64,000 bases of DNA, from the NCBI GenBank assembly GCA_944325105.1, contig CALUYW010000010.1, forward strand, positions 6,324 to 70,323. Direction: 5' to 3'. A program made the translations under genes and the position numbers. Below are positions 45,170 through 53,525 of this stretch, in pieces. Within the stretch, counting starts at the first letter, position 1. Each line of letters starts with the position of its first letter. The notes below the pieces were generated by a model. The model was not told the DNA's origin and ran no database searches. It saw nothing but the letters and a program-made list of their open reading frames with translations. The stretch is from Candidatus Gastranaerophilales bacterium (GTDB taxonomy: Bacteria; Cyanobacteriota; Vampirovibrionia; Gastranaerophilales; Gastranaerophilaceae).

Positions 45170-46310
45170 GGGAACATTTGTAAATAAGCATCGTGACGCT
45201 TGGGTTGAGGTAAATTTAGGAAATCTTGAACACAACATTTGTGAAATAAAAAAAGAAATTCTAAAAGACGGTATTTGCCCGAAACTCTTGGCGGTCATAA
45301 AAGCTGACGCTTACGGGCACGGTAGTGTTATGTGCGCTCCTACTTTGCTTGCATGCGGTATAGACGCTTTTGGTGTGGCAAGTGTGGATGAGGCGCTGGA
45401 GTTAAGGCAAAACAAAATAACTGCGCCCATTTTAGTCTTAGGCTCGGTTCCCATTTGGGCTTATGAAACGGCTATAAAAAACGACATTACCGTTTCAATT
45501 TTTTCTGAAGAGCACTTGGAAGCTGCCCGTTTAATAAGCGAAAGACTAGGCGGCAAAAAGCTAAAGGCTCATATAAAAATAGATACAGGTATGAACAGAA
45601 TCGGGATAAATCCAAACGATGCAATTGAGTTTGTAAAAAAAGCAAAAGACGCTAAATATCTTGATTTAGGGGGGATTTTTACCCACTTTGCAGATGTAGA
45701 GTCAGATGAAATTACAAATAAGCAGATTGATAATTTTAAAAAAGTAATCAACTCAATTGACACCAAAGACCTTATTATCCACTGCTCAAATTCCTCCGCA
45801 GCGCTTTGTCATCCCGAGCTAAAATTTAACATGGTGCGCCTTGGGATTATTTTATACGGCTTAACTCCGTTAAGCTATGATAGAGAACCTAAGTTTAAAT
45901 TGCCTGATTTAGCGCAGGTAATAGGTCTAAAAGGCAGAATTACAAATATTCACAAGGTTAAAAAAGGCGATGGCGTAAGCTACGGTCATATTTTTGTTGC
46001 AGATAGAGAAACAAATATTGCAACCATTCCAATAGGTTATGCTGATGGTGTTTCAAGGAGTTTATCGGGCAAAATAAAAGCCTCTCTAAACGGTAAAATA
46101 ATTAAACAAGTAGGCAGAATAACCATGGACCAGATGATGTTTGATATAGGAGATATTCAAGCCTCAAACGGCGATATAATAACACTTTTAGGAGATGATG
46201 AGGCGGGGAACTTTTTTTCTATCGACACTTGGGCAAAAGAATTAGACACTATAAACTATGAACTTACTTGCCGCCTAAAGGTTCGCCTGCCAAGGATTTA
46301 TGTCAGATAA
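45156..46310 (+). CDS. alr: alanine racemase
   Basis: 384 aa. It has the PLP-lysine motif AVIKADAYGHG and a C-terminal INYELTCRL. Confidence 0.92.
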   Translation: MQNFRGTFVNKHRDAWVEVNLGNLEHNICEIKKEILKDGICPKLLAVIKADAYGHGSVMCAPTLLACGIDAFGVASVDEALELRQNKITAPILVLGSVPIWAYETAIKNDITVSIFSEEHLEAARLISERLGGKKLKAHIKIDTGMNRIGINPNDAIEFVKKAKDAKYLDLGGIFTHFADVESDEITNKQIDNFKKVINSIDTKDLIIHCSNSSAALCHPELKFNMVRLGIILYGLTPLSYDREPKFKLPDLAQVIGLKGRITNIHKVKKGDGVSYGHIFVADRETNIATIPIGYADGVSRSLSGKIKASLNGKIIKQVGRITMDQMMFDIGDIQASNGDIITLLGDDEAGNFFSIDTWAKELDTINYELTCRLKVRLPRIYVR

Positions 46311-46322
46311 GGGGTATTTAAA

Positions 46323-47462
46323 ATGAAGCAAACAACACTACATGATGAACATATTAAACTTAATGCCAAAATGGTTGAATTTGGCGGCTGGCATATGCCC
46401 GTGAGCTACAGTTCAATTATAGAAGAGCATAAAGCCGTAAGAAACAGCGTCGGGATTTTTGATGTTTCTCATATGGGGCAGATTTTTGTAAGCGGGGATG
46501 ATGCGCTTAATTTTTTGCAAAAAATTCTTCCTCAAGATGTTTCAAAATTCAGTAAAAATCACGCTCACTACTGCCAGCTTACTTACCCCAGCGGCGGCAT
46601 GGTTGATGATTTAATAGTTTACAGACTGAAAGATAAATACCTTATAATCGCTAATGCTTCAAGGATTGAGGCTGATTTTGAATGGTTTGAAATGAATAAA
46701 TCGGGTTTTAATATTAATCTTGAAAATAAGTCCGATGAATATTCTATGATAGCTCTTCAAGGCCCTAATGCTTATAAAATCATTGAAAAAGCGGGTTTAG
46801 AAAATCAAAACCTGCCTAAGTTTTTTACCATTTGTGAGCAAAGACTTTTAAACTGTGATGTTTATCTTTGCCGCACGGGCTACACCGGTGAAGACGGTTT
46901 TGAAGTAATTGTAAAAAATGAAAATGCAACAAAACTCTGGCAAGAATTTTTAAATTTAGGAAAAGAATTTAATATTTTGCCTGTAGGACTTGGCGCAAGG
47001 GATACCCTAAGGCTTGAGGCGGGTTTGTGCCTGTACGGTTCTGATATCAACGAAGACATTACCCCGATAGAGGCTGATTTAGCCTGGTCTGTGCCAAAAG
47101 ATAAAAAAGAAGACTATAACGGCAGAGAGGTAATTCTCAACCAGCGCCTTCAAAATACACCTTTAAGGAAAAAACTTTTTGCTTTTGAAATTGAAGATAG
47201 AGTTATCGCCAGACACGGCGCTAAGGTTTATTTTCAGGGAATTGAGTGCGGTGTGATTACATCGGGCTCTATATCGCCGATTTTAGGTAAAAGTATAGGC
47301 CTGTGTGTTATTTCTTTTGAGGGAGAAAACGCAAATCTGGTAACATCGCTTAACACAAAGGAAAAAAGTATTGGCACGGATATAGAAATTATGGTAAGAA
47401 ATAAATTGTACAATGCCAAAATTGTCAAAAAACCTTTTGTTGAAAAGAAATATGTTAAATAG
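46323..47462 (+). CDS. gcvT: glycine cleavage system aminomethyltransferase T protein
   Basis: 379 aa. Motifs TTLHDEH, FGGWHMPVSY, FDVSHMG and RTGYTGEDGFE. Confidence 0.95.
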   Translation: MKQTTLHDEHIKLNAKMVEFGGWHMPVSYSSIIEEHKAVRNSVGIFDVSHMGQIFVSGDDALNFLQKILPQDVSKFSKNHAHYCQLTYPSGGMVDDLIVYRLKDKYLIIANASRIEADFEWFEMNKSGFNINLENKSDEYSMIALQGPNAYKIIEKAGLENQNLPKFFTICEQRLLNCDVYLCRTGYTGEDGFEVIVKNENATKLWQEFLNLGKEFNILPVGLGARDTLRLEAGLCLYGSDINEDITPIEADLAWSVPKDKKEDYNGREVILNQRLQNTPLRKKLFAFEIEDRVIARHGAKVYFQGIECGVITSGSISPILGKSIGLCVISFEGENANLVTSLNTKEKSIGTDIEIMVRNKLYNAKIVKKPFVEKKYVK

Positions 47463-47470
47463 GAGATAAA

Positions 47471-47860
47471 ATGAGTACTCAAAGACCACCTGAAGGAATT
47501 CTTTGTTCTAAAAGCCACGAATGGGTTTTAGATGATGGAGAGTTATGCACTATTGGTTTAACTGACTACGCGGTAGAACAATTAGGCGATATAGTTTTTG
47601 TTGAACTTCCCGAGATTGACAGTGAATTTGCTAAGGGAGAAGTTTTTGCAACGATTGAATCGGTTAAAGCAGCAAGTGAAATTTATATGCCCGTTGGCGG
47701 CAAGGTTGTAGAAATCAATGAAGAGTTAATCAACGCCCCTGAACTTATTAACGAAAATGTTTGGGAAAAAGGCTGGCTGATTAAGGTTAAATGTGACACT
47801 TTAAGCGAAGATACACTTGGTCTTATGGAATATGAAGACTACAGAGAAGAAGTTGCATAA
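47471..47860 (+). CDS. gcvH: glycine cleavage system H protein
   Basis: 129 aa. It has the lipoyl-lysine motif ESVKAASE and HEWV near the N-terminus. Confidence 0.95.
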   Translation: MSTQRPPEGILCSKSHEWVLDDGELCTIGLTDYAVEQLGDIVFVELPEIDSEFAKGEVFATIESVKAASEIYMPVGGKVVEINEELINAPELINENVWEKGWLIKVKCDTLSEDTLGLMEYEDYREEVA

Positions 47861-49101
47861 TGTACAATTTTGAAGCTTTAAGTGATAAAGAACGCACTCA
47901 AATGTGCAATGACATAGGCATAAAAAGCCCCGATGAGCTTTTTGATGTCATACCGCAGAGTGCGCGAATTGAGGATTTTAATTTTAGAGAACCTCTATCA
48001 GAACTTGAAGCTCAAAAAAAATTAAAAAGCATAGCCAAAAAAAACAAAACCGACTTTGCCTGTTTTATGGGTGCGGGCGCATATAAAAAATTCATTCCCG
48101 CAGCGCTTTTTGACACTGCTTCAAGGTATGAATTTTTATCCGCATATACGCCTTATCAGGCTGAAATATCGCAAGGTTCGCTGCAAATTATGTACGAATT
48201 TCAAACAATGATTTGCTCGCTTTGTGCTCAAGACGTTGCAAACGCCTCTGTGTATGACGGCGCAAGTGCTGCAGCTGAGGCAATTTTAATGGCTTGCAGA
48301 ATTACTAAAAATAACAAAGCTTTTGTAAGTGAAAATATTAATCCAAATTACCTTGAAGTAATTAAAACCTACCTTTTTGCAGCTGATGTAGAGCTTGTTG
48401 TAGGTACTGACTCAGATGATATGGATTTATCCTGCAAGGTTTATCAAACTCCTGATTACTTTGGCGAGATAGCAAATGCGCCCAAGAAAAATTCAAAAGA
48501 GCTTACTGTAGCTATTGTTGATATTTCTTCTCTTGCGCTTATTGAGCCGCCAAAGTGCGACATAACAGTCGGCGATTTTCAGACTTTAGGCTTAGCGCTT
48601 AATTTTGGCGGGCCATACGGCGGTTTTATAGCCTGTAAAGACGCATACAAGCGCCAGCTTGCAGGAAGAATAGCGGGAAAGACGGTAGATAAAGACGGTC
48701 GTGACGCTTATGTTCTGACTCTTCAGGCGCGTGAGCAGCATATAAGAAGAGAAAAAGCCACAAGTAATATTTGCTCAAATCAGGCTCATTGTGCGCTTTG
48801 TGCCGTTTTATATTTAAGTCTTTTAGGTCAAAAAGGCTTTAGAGAGGTAAACTACCTTTCATACAAAAACGCTCACCTGCTTGCGCAAGGTTTAGAGAAA
48901 AAAGGACATAAGATTTTAACTAAAGACTTCTTTAACGAGTTTGTTTATGAACTAAACAGTTCTCAAAACGCAATGGAATACTTGCAATATCTAAAGCAAA
49001 ACGGTATTTTGGGCGGTGTTGCGCTTGATGATAAAAGAATTTTAACCGCAGTAACCGAACTTAACGACACAGATGAAATAAATCTCTATTTAAGCTTATG
49101 A
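47860..49101 (+). CDS. gcvPA: glycine dehydrogenase (decarboxylating) subunit 1
   Basis: 413 aa. It has the AYTPYQAEISQGSLQIMYEFQTM motif. Its start overlaps the gcvH stop (TAATG). Confidence 0.92.
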   Translation: MYNFEALSDKERTQMCNDIGIKSPDELFDVIPQSARIEDFNFREPLSELEAQKKLKSIAKKNKTDFACFMGAGAYKKFIPAALFDTASRYEFLSAYTPYQAEISQGSLQIMYEFQTMICSLCAQDVANASVYDGASAAAEAILMACRITKNNKAFVSENINPNYLEVIKTYLFAADVELVVGTDSDDMDLSCKVYQTPDYFGEIANAPKKNSKELTVAIVDISSLALIEPPKCDITVGDFQTLGLALNFGGPYGGFIACKDAYKRQLAGRIAGKTVDKDGRDAYVLTLQAREQHIRREKATSNICSNQAHCALCAVLYLSLLGQKGFREVNYLSYKNAHLLAQGLEKKGHKILTKDFFNEFVYELNSSQNAMEYLQYLKQNGILGGVALDDKRILTAVTELNDTDEINLYLSL

Positions 49102-49832
49102 CAAAAGATATAATTGCCTTTTGGGGCTATCCTCACCCTGATTTAATCAATAAAACAAAAAATCTCTACCCTGACGCCAAGTGGGTGGATTTAGATATAT
49201 GTTTTAATTATCCTCCCTCAAAATTCACTCCTGACGCGTATTGCGGGATTATAAAAAATATTTTTGATAATTCTTTTTATCTTAAAGAAAGAATTATAAA
49301 AATTCTTGCAGGAGTAGGCAAAGACAAGTGTGACAGCGGTTTTTTTGCGGCTAATCTTCTAAAAAATGAGGGTTTTGATGTTGAGATGTCATATTTTGAG
49401 CAGACTCTGCCATTTGATAAACTGCCCGATGTGCCCATTTCAAAAAGCAATTTGCCCTTAAAAGAAAAAATAGAGCTCATTACGGCAAATATTGTCGAGC
49501 AAAAAGACTACTCGCACCTTGAAACATCAAAAGCTGTTTTTGGCTTTTGGGGAGTGCCTCCTAACGACTTAAATATTTTAAAATTATTTCCCGACAATAC
49601 CCACGTTTTTGGCTGGAGCAGATGTGTTGAGGCTAAAAACCCTGCAAACATTGAGCTTGAAATGTATGTTGAACCGGATGTTCCGACAGTCTTTTTTGCG
49701 CAGACTTTTTGTTCAAAGACTCTTCTTGCAAAGTATCTTGCGGATAAATACAACGGATTATACATTGATATAGACGCTATACCCTCAAACTCTGCTTATG
49801 CTAAGATAGAGGCATTTCTGAGGTTAAGATGA
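49098..49832 (+). CDS. hypothetical two-lobed Cys-containing protein (possibly a miniature 2-hydroxyacyl-CoA dehydratase/DUF2229-like partner)
   Basis: 244 aa. There is an ATGA overlap with gcvPA. It has an internal duplication (IIAFWGYPHPDLINKTKNLYPD and AVFGFWGVPPNDLNILKLFPD) and five Cys. The family assignment is only a guess, based on its pairing with the activase. Confidence 0.4.
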   Translation: MTKDIIAFWGYPHPDLINKTKNLYPDAKWVDLDICFNYPPSKFTPDAYCGIIKNIFDNSFYLKERIIKILAGVGKDKCDSGFFAANLLKNEGFDVEMSYFEQTLPFDKLPDVPISKSNLPLKEKIELITANIVEQKDYSHLETSKAVFGFWGVPPNDLNILKLFPDNTHVFGWSRCVEAKNPANIELEMYVEPDVPTVFFAQTFCSKTLLAKYLADKYNGLYIDIDAIPSNSAYAKIEAFLRLR

Positions 49833-50491
49833 ATAAGTCAAAATTTTATATAGATGCAGGCACTACCTGGTCAAAAATACTTGAAATAACGCCTTTGGGC
49901 GAGAGAAAATACAGTGTCTATCCGACTTGCGAGGCAAGGAAGTTTAATTTGGAGTATGAAAAAATAACGGGTCATACGACCGATAAAGCTGCAAAAAACT
50001 ACGAAAATGAAGTTGTAGCGCTTGCAAAAGGGGCAAAAATTCATCTTGAAAACAATTTTGTAGCACTTGATTTAGGTTCAAGAGATATAAAATGGGTAAA
50101 GTACAAAAACGCCAAATTTTGTGATATGGACTGGAATTCAAGTTGCGCAGCAGCAACGGGCGCAACTATTGAAATGCTTTTAAAATTTTATGATGTTGAG
50201 GTTGAATCTCTTAAATATACTGATGAAAAATACCCCGTAACCTGCGGTATTTTTGGTTTAGAAAAAATCATGGATGATGTTTCAAAAGGGCTTGACCCCT
50301 CTGTTGCGATTTCAAAATTTATCCACGGTATAGCGTATAACGCTTATAATTTTACAAAAAATCCTGATAAAATCTGTATTTCAGGCGGTTTTTGCGAGAA
50401 TAAATGTTTTATCGATTCGCTTAAAAAATACTGCGAAGTCTTGCCTTTAGGGCGTTTTGTCCTTGTTGACGGTCTTGCCTTGCAAGAGTGA
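49829..50491 (+). CDS. BcrAD/BadFG/HgdC-family activase-like ATPase
   Basis: 220 aa. There is an ATGA overlap with the upstream ORF. YIDAGTTWSKI, ALDLGSRDIKWV, NSSCAAATGATIE and VTCGIFG align with HgdC motifs, including the two cluster-ligand Cys positions. ISGGF lies near the C-terminus. Confidence 0.7.
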   Translation: MNKSKFYIDAGTTWSKILEITPLGERKYSVYPTCEARKFNLEYEKITGHTTDKAAKNYENEVVALAKGAKIHLENNFVALDLGSRDIKWVKYKNAKFCDMDWNSSCAAATGATIEMLLKFYDVEVESLKYTDEKYPVTCGIFGLEKIMDDVSKGLDPSVAISKFIHGIAYNAYNFTKNPDKICISGGFCENKCFIDSLKKYCEVLPLGRFVLVDGLALQE

Positions 50492-50514
50492 TATTTTGTG
50501 TATAAAATACAATT

Positions 50515-50886
50515 ATGAATTTGAGGATTTTATTTACTTTCATATTCCTGTGCGTGCAGCTTTTTGCATATACCGCGCTTTGTGCCGATAATGCCCAGTA
50601 TTATCATAGCGCAAAAATTTCGCATAAGGATTTTGTTTTAAATAATTCTCAAAATGGTATGTTAAATAAATCTCAAAATGATTCTCATTTTGTATGTCAG
50701 AATATTTCTACAAAATCGGTTTCATCTCAGAGAGAATCAAACAATCAATATGTTTCAAATTATGCGTTTGAATTTAGGTACAGCCAGTTTCAAGCGCTTA
50801 TAAAATACATTTACGATAATTCATTTCTCAAAATAAATTGCACTAAACTCGCATACTCAACCGAAGTAAACAGGCGAGCGCCTTAG
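50515..50886 (+). CDS. hypothetical protein with a hydrophobic N-terminus (probable signal peptide)
   Basis: 123 aa, Asn/Ser/Gln-rich, with a short internal repeat (NNSQNGML / NKSQNDSH). Confidence 0.4.
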   Translation: MNLRILFTFIFLCVQLFAYTALCADNAQYYHSAKISHKDFVLNNSQNGMLNKSQNDSHFVCQNISTKSVSSQRESNNQYVSNYAFEFRYSQFQALIKYIYDNSFLKINCTKLAYSTEVNRRAP

Positions 50887-50890
50887 TTTT

Positions 50891-50926
50891 TCCTTTATTT
50901 TTAAAAGTTAGTTAAAAAATAAAGGA
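50891..50926 (+). promoter_or_regulatory. AT-rich inverted repeat covering the SD of the oadG-like gene
   Basis: TCCTTTATTTTT (50891-50902) pairs with AAAAAATAAAGGA (50914-50926). The 3' arm contains the AAAGGAG SD of the ATG at 50935. Confidence 0.35.
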
Positions 50927-50934
50927 GAATAATA

Positions 50935-51189
50935 ATGGAAAATTTTGTAAACGCCATATCTGACGGCGTTATTATCACTATTGTAGGTATGCTTGTTGTA
51001 TTTGCATTCTTAACTATTATGATTTTTGCAATGAATATAACATCAAGCATTGTAGCTTATTTGAATAAAAAATTTCCTCCAAAAGTTATTGAAGCAGCTC
51101 CTGCCAAAAAGAAAACTCAAACAGGCGAAGAAGAAATGGTAGCAGTTGCAATAGCATCTATACTTAACCTGCAAAGGACGGGGAGATAG
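50935..51189 (+). CDS. OadG-family protein (gamma subunit of Na+-translocating decarboxylases)
   Basis: 84 aa. A single TM helix (GVIITIVGMLVVFAFLTIMIFAM), a linker and the C-terminal EEMVAVAIASIL closely parallel Klebsiella OadG as I recall it. Confidence 0.68.
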   Translation: MENFVNAISDGVIITIVGMLVVFAFLTIMIFAMNITSSIVAYLNKKFPPKVIEAAPAKKKTQTGEEEMVAVAIASILNLQRTGR

Positions 51190-51192
51190 AAT

Positions 51193-52518
51193 ATGGAGAT
51201 AATTCAGACTTTTGTTTCAACCCATGCGGTTGCGCTGAGTGCTGCCATTTTGATTTTAGCGTATATTTTTATTGCACTTGAGAAAATTCCTAAAGTTACA
51301 ATAGCGCTAATTGGCGCTACGGCGGTTATTTTGCTCGGTCTTGTAAGTCAGACAAAAATATCAGACGGCATGATAAATCCGCATTATTTTATCAATTTTG
51401 TAGATTTCAACGTAATATTTTTGCTTGTGTCAATGATGATTATCGTTGCTATTACTACAAGGAGCGGTGTATTTAGCTGGATAGCAAATGAACTTTTGAA
51501 ATTTACAAAAGGTCATCCTGTTAAAATACTTTTTATGCTCGGCATATTCACAGCTGTTGTAAGTTCGCTTTTGGATAATGTTACAACGGTTATTTTGATT
51601 TTGCCCGTAACTTTTGCTATTGCAAAAAAATTGGATATAAATCCTCTGCCATATTTGATAGTTGAAATTTTTGCTTCAAATATAGGCGGAACGGCAACTC
51701 TTATTGGTGACCCGCCAAACATCATTATAGGCTCTGCTGCAGGTTTTTCTTTTATGGACTTTATAAAAGAATTAACAGGCATTGTTGCGATAATTTTGCT
51801 TGTGGTAATCGGCGTTATGTATTTTATTTTCAGAAAAAAACTTGTAACAAGTGAAGAGAAAATGAAATCGGTAATGCAAATAGATAACTCAAAAACCATA
51901 GAAGATATGCCCCTGATGCTTCGCTCATTGACCGTATTATTCTTTGTAATTTTAGGTTTTGTACTGCATGATAAAATTCACCTTGAAACAAGTATAGTAG
52001 CTATGCTTGGCGCAAGTATTCTTTTGCTTTTTGAAAAACCTGACCAAATTTTGCGCGATGTTGAGTGGAACACTATATTTTTCTTCATCGGTTTATTTGT
52101 AATAATAGGTGCTCTTGAAGCTTCAGGCGGTATTAAACTTATGGCGCAGTGGCTGATTGATGTAACACAAGGTTCAAAAGCTATGACATGTGCTCTTGTG
52201 CTTTGGATATCAGGCATAGCTTCAGGTATTATAGATAACATTCCATATACTGCAACCATGGCGCCTCTAATTGCAGAAATTCAGCGTGAACTCGGTGCGG
52301 CGTATGCTTATCCTATCTGGTGGTGCTTATCTTTAGGTGCTTGCCTTGGCGGCAACTTAACAATAATAGGTGCTGCAGCAAATGTTTACGTATCGGAAAA
52401 CTCTGCAAATAAAGGCTATCCTATTGGATTTTTGTATTTTATGAAATACGGCGTGATTTGTGTTGCTATTTCATTAATACTGAGCAGTGTTTATGTATAC
52501 CTCAGGTTTTTAAGGTAG
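51193..52518 (+). CDS. ArsB/NhaD-superfamily (ion transporter superfamily) permease
   Basis: 441 aa with about 11-12 TM helices. Motifs include LLDNVTTV and GGTATLIGDPPNIII. It starts 4 nt after the oadG-like stop. Confidence 0.75.
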   Translation: MEIIQTFVSTHAVALSAAILILAYIFIALEKIPKVTIALIGATAVILLGLVSQTKISDGMINPHYFINFVDFNVIFLLVSMMIIVAITTRSGVFSWIANELLKFTKGHPVKILFMLGIFTAVVSSLLDNVTTVILILPVTFAIAKKLDINPLPYLIVEIFASNIGGTATLIGDPPNIIIGSAAGFSFMDFIKELTGIVAIILLVVIGVMYFIFRKKLVTSEEKMKSVMQIDNSKTIEDMPLMLRSLTVLFFVILGFVLHDKIHLETSIVAMLGASILLLFEKPDQILRDVEWNTIFFFIGLFVIIGALEASGGIKLMAQWLIDVTQGSKAMTCALVLWISGIASGIIDNIPYTATMAPLIAEIQRELGAAYAYPIWWCLSLGACLGGNLTIIGAAANVYVSENSANKGYPIGFLYFMKYGVICVAISLILSSVYVYLRFLR

Positions 52519-52529
52519 AAAGGTTAAAA

Positions 52530-52631
52530 ATGAACGAATTTAAACACAACAACAAAGACGTGATAATAGGATGTGTCATGTTTGTTGTAATGGTAATATT
52601 TATGGCTATTTTAGCTCATTTATTGGCATAA
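52530..52631 (+). CDS. 33-aa single-TM mini-protein (candidate)
   Basis: Not in the ORF track because it is under 60 aa. The ATG at 52530 follows AAAGG. The sequence is MNEFKHNNKDVIIGCVMFVVMVIFMAILAHLLA. A terminator follows. Confidence 0.4.
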   Translation: MNEFKHNNKDVIIGCVMFVVMVIFMAILAHLLA

Positions 52632-52667
52632 AAATTTACTCATAATATCAACATATAATTTTTTAAA

Positions 52668-52690
52668 GGGGCTTTATGCCCCGTTTTTTT
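52668..52690 (+). terminator. intrinsic terminator
   Basis: GGGGC-TTTAT-GCCCC (52668-52682), then G plus 7 T (to 52690). Confidence 0.6.
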
Positions 52691-52703
52691 GTATAATATT
52701 TTT

Positions 52704-53525
52704 ATGAAAAATATAGAAATTTTTACTACCAAAGACGGCTCAGTCGGGCTTTTTAACAAAGAATTAAATGAAATTTATCACTCAAGAGAGGGTGCACAAA
52801 AAGAAAGCATAGAAAAATTCATTATCCCGAGTGATTTTGAACAAAGAACAAAAAACTCCTCTTGCATAAGAGTTTTAGATGTTTGCTACGGCATAGGCTA
52901 CAATTCAAAAAACGCTCTTTCTTTTTATAAAAATTGCGATATTATAATCGATGCGCTTGAGTGGGATGATGAACTTGTTAAGTATTCAAAAACGTGCGAT
53001 TTTTATAACCCTGAGATTAATGAGTTTTTAAGAGGCGAGATAAAACTCGGCAATTCTAAAATAAATTTTTATATTGATGATGCCAGAAAAAGCATAAAAA
53101 AATTAACAGAACCCTATGATGTTATATTTCTTGATGCTTTTGCACCAAATAAACTCCCTACGCTCTGGAGTGTAGAGTTTTTTTGCGAGTTAAAAAGACT
53201 TATAAAACCTACAGGTGTCCTTGTGACGTACTGCTCCGCTCAACCGGTTAGAAAAGCTATGCAGATAGCGGGTTTTTACCTAGGTAAAGTTTTAGATGAA
53301 AAAAACCACTCCTGTGCTACAGTTTGTGCGCTTGATAAAAAATACATAAAACTCCTGCTTGATGATTTTGATTTAGGTATGCTAAATACAAAAGCAGCTA
53401 TCCCCTACATGGACAAAAACCTAAATTCGACTGCTGATGAAATGATAAAAGCAAGACAAATTGAAGTGGAAAATTCAGACCTTATGGGTGCAAGCTTGTA
53501 TATTAAGAACTATTCTTCAATGTAG
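52704..53525 (+). CDS. MnmC-like SAM-dependent tRNA methyltransferase domain protein
   Basis: I start at ATG 52704; the track start at 52689 is TTG. Motifs TKDGSVGLFNKELNEIYHS, VLDVCYGIGYN and DVIFLDAFAPNKLPTLWS are typical of the MnmC methyltransferase half. Confidence 0.7.
   Translation: MKNIEIFTTKDGSVGLFNKELNEIYHSREGAQKESIEKFIIPSDFEQRTKNSSCIRVLDVCYGIGYNSKNALSFYKNCDIIIDALEWDDELVKYSKTCDFYNPEINEFLRGEIKLGNSKINFYIDDARKSIKKLTEPYDVIFLDAFAPNKLPTLWSVEFFCELKRLIKPTGVLVTYCSAQPVRKAMQIAGFYLGKVLDEKNHSCATVCALDKKYIKLLLDDFDLGMLNTKAAIPYMDKNLNSTADEMIKARQIEVENSDLMGASLYIKNYSSM

Noticed and set aside
50584-50591. GCCGATAA inside ORF 50515..50886, and GCCGATAT inside fliI (about 8039-8046), as further sigma-28 promoters.
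   Set aside because: Neither has TAAA at the required 15-nt distance upstream. Both are intragenic with no suitably placed downstream start.
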